Positions 63,785 to 64,000 of a stretch of DNA of 64,000 nt are shown in pieces (within the stretch, counting starts at the first letter, position 1; every line of letters begins with the position of its first letter). Location of the stretch: IMG/VR virus record IMGVR_UViG_3300045988_174992. The stretch is one strand, 5' to 3'. The notes under the pieces are model-generated. The model made no database searches, was not told the origin of the DNA, and saw nothing but the letters and a program-made list of their open reading frames with translations. The position numbers and the translations under genes were made by a program. Source of the DNA: a virus.

Positions 63785-63857
63785 TAGGGTAGACCGGACT
63801 TGAACCGACGACCACTGCATCCCAAATGCAGCATTCTACCAACTGAACTACTACCCT
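63785..63857 (-). tRNA. tRNA-Pro(UGG)
   Basis: Acceptor AGGGTAG/CTACCCT, anticodon arm CTGCA[TTTGGGA]TGCAG. Confidence 0.85.
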
Positions 63858-63872
63858 TTATAAAGATATTAG

Positions 63873-63950
63873 AGCATCAGACGAGATTCGAACTCGCGAA
63901 AGCCTTCTGGTTGGAAGCCAGATGTGCACCACCAACTACACCACTGATGC
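63873..63950 (-). tRNA. tRNA-Gly(UCC)
   Basis: Acceptor GCATCAG/CTGATGC, anticodon arm TCTGG[CTTCCAA]CCAGA. Confidence 0.8.
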
Positions 63951-63957
63951 ATGTTTG

Positions 63958-64000
63958 AGCAGATGATGAGGATCGAACTCACAACTTCTTCCTTGGCAAG
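63958..64000 (-). tRNA. tRNA-Gly(GCC), 3' part only (5' part beyond window end)
   Basis: ...C[TTGCCAA]GGAAG..GTGAG[TTCGATC]CTCAT-CATCTGC. Confidence 0.55.

Noticed and set aside
58034-64000. Stop-codon recoding with suppressor tRNAs, as reported for some gut phages
   Set aside because: None of the 19 anticodons is CUA, UCA or UUA (tRNA-Leu UAA is a sense Leu decoder). All large ORFs, up to 1319 aa, are uninterrupted in the standard code.

Overview
Roughly 70% A+T segment of a large tailed-phage genome, almost fully coding apart from tRNA regions. All calls were made by eye from the sequence and ORF track: domain names rest on motif recognition, not searches, and tRNA ends are good to about 2 nt. 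Left to right: (i) a reverse-strand tail-fibre block (partial ORF, SHAEG-repeat fibre, GT2 glycosyltransferase, stand-alone Peptidase_G2/IMC-like protein); (ii) a 1319-aa BACON/Ig-like repeat protein; (iii) a reverse-strand lysis-type cassette; (iv) small early-type genes behind a repeated promoter; (v) a nuclease, a second glycosyltransferase, an S1-domain protein, a YqeY-like protein and a DnaQ-like exonuclease; (vi) a forward structural operon at 24.5-45.5 kb with two more SHAEG fibres and baseplate-like genes; (vii) a T4 gp20-like portal and a T4 gp17-like large terminase whose Walker A loop is split by a Hint/intein-like insertion; (viii) 19 reverse-strand tRNA genes in four blocks, interrupted by a Zn-ribbon/PD-(D/E)xK endonuclease gene and by long structured spacers. 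Start codons lack Shine-Dalgarno sequences and reverse-strand genes carry TTTG-N19-TAnnTT promoters, so I infer a Bacteroidota host. Most interesting: the non-canonical intein in terL; six proteins with a T4 capsid-targeting-like N-terminus; a GC-rich 3'-end element in 3-4 copies; an invariant C74 trailer on all tRNAs; a trans-encoded fibre maturation domain; an S1/YqeY/tRNA translation set; and a covarying twin-hairpin leader. No CRISPR array, reverse transcriptase, suppressor tRNA or stop-codon recoding was seen.
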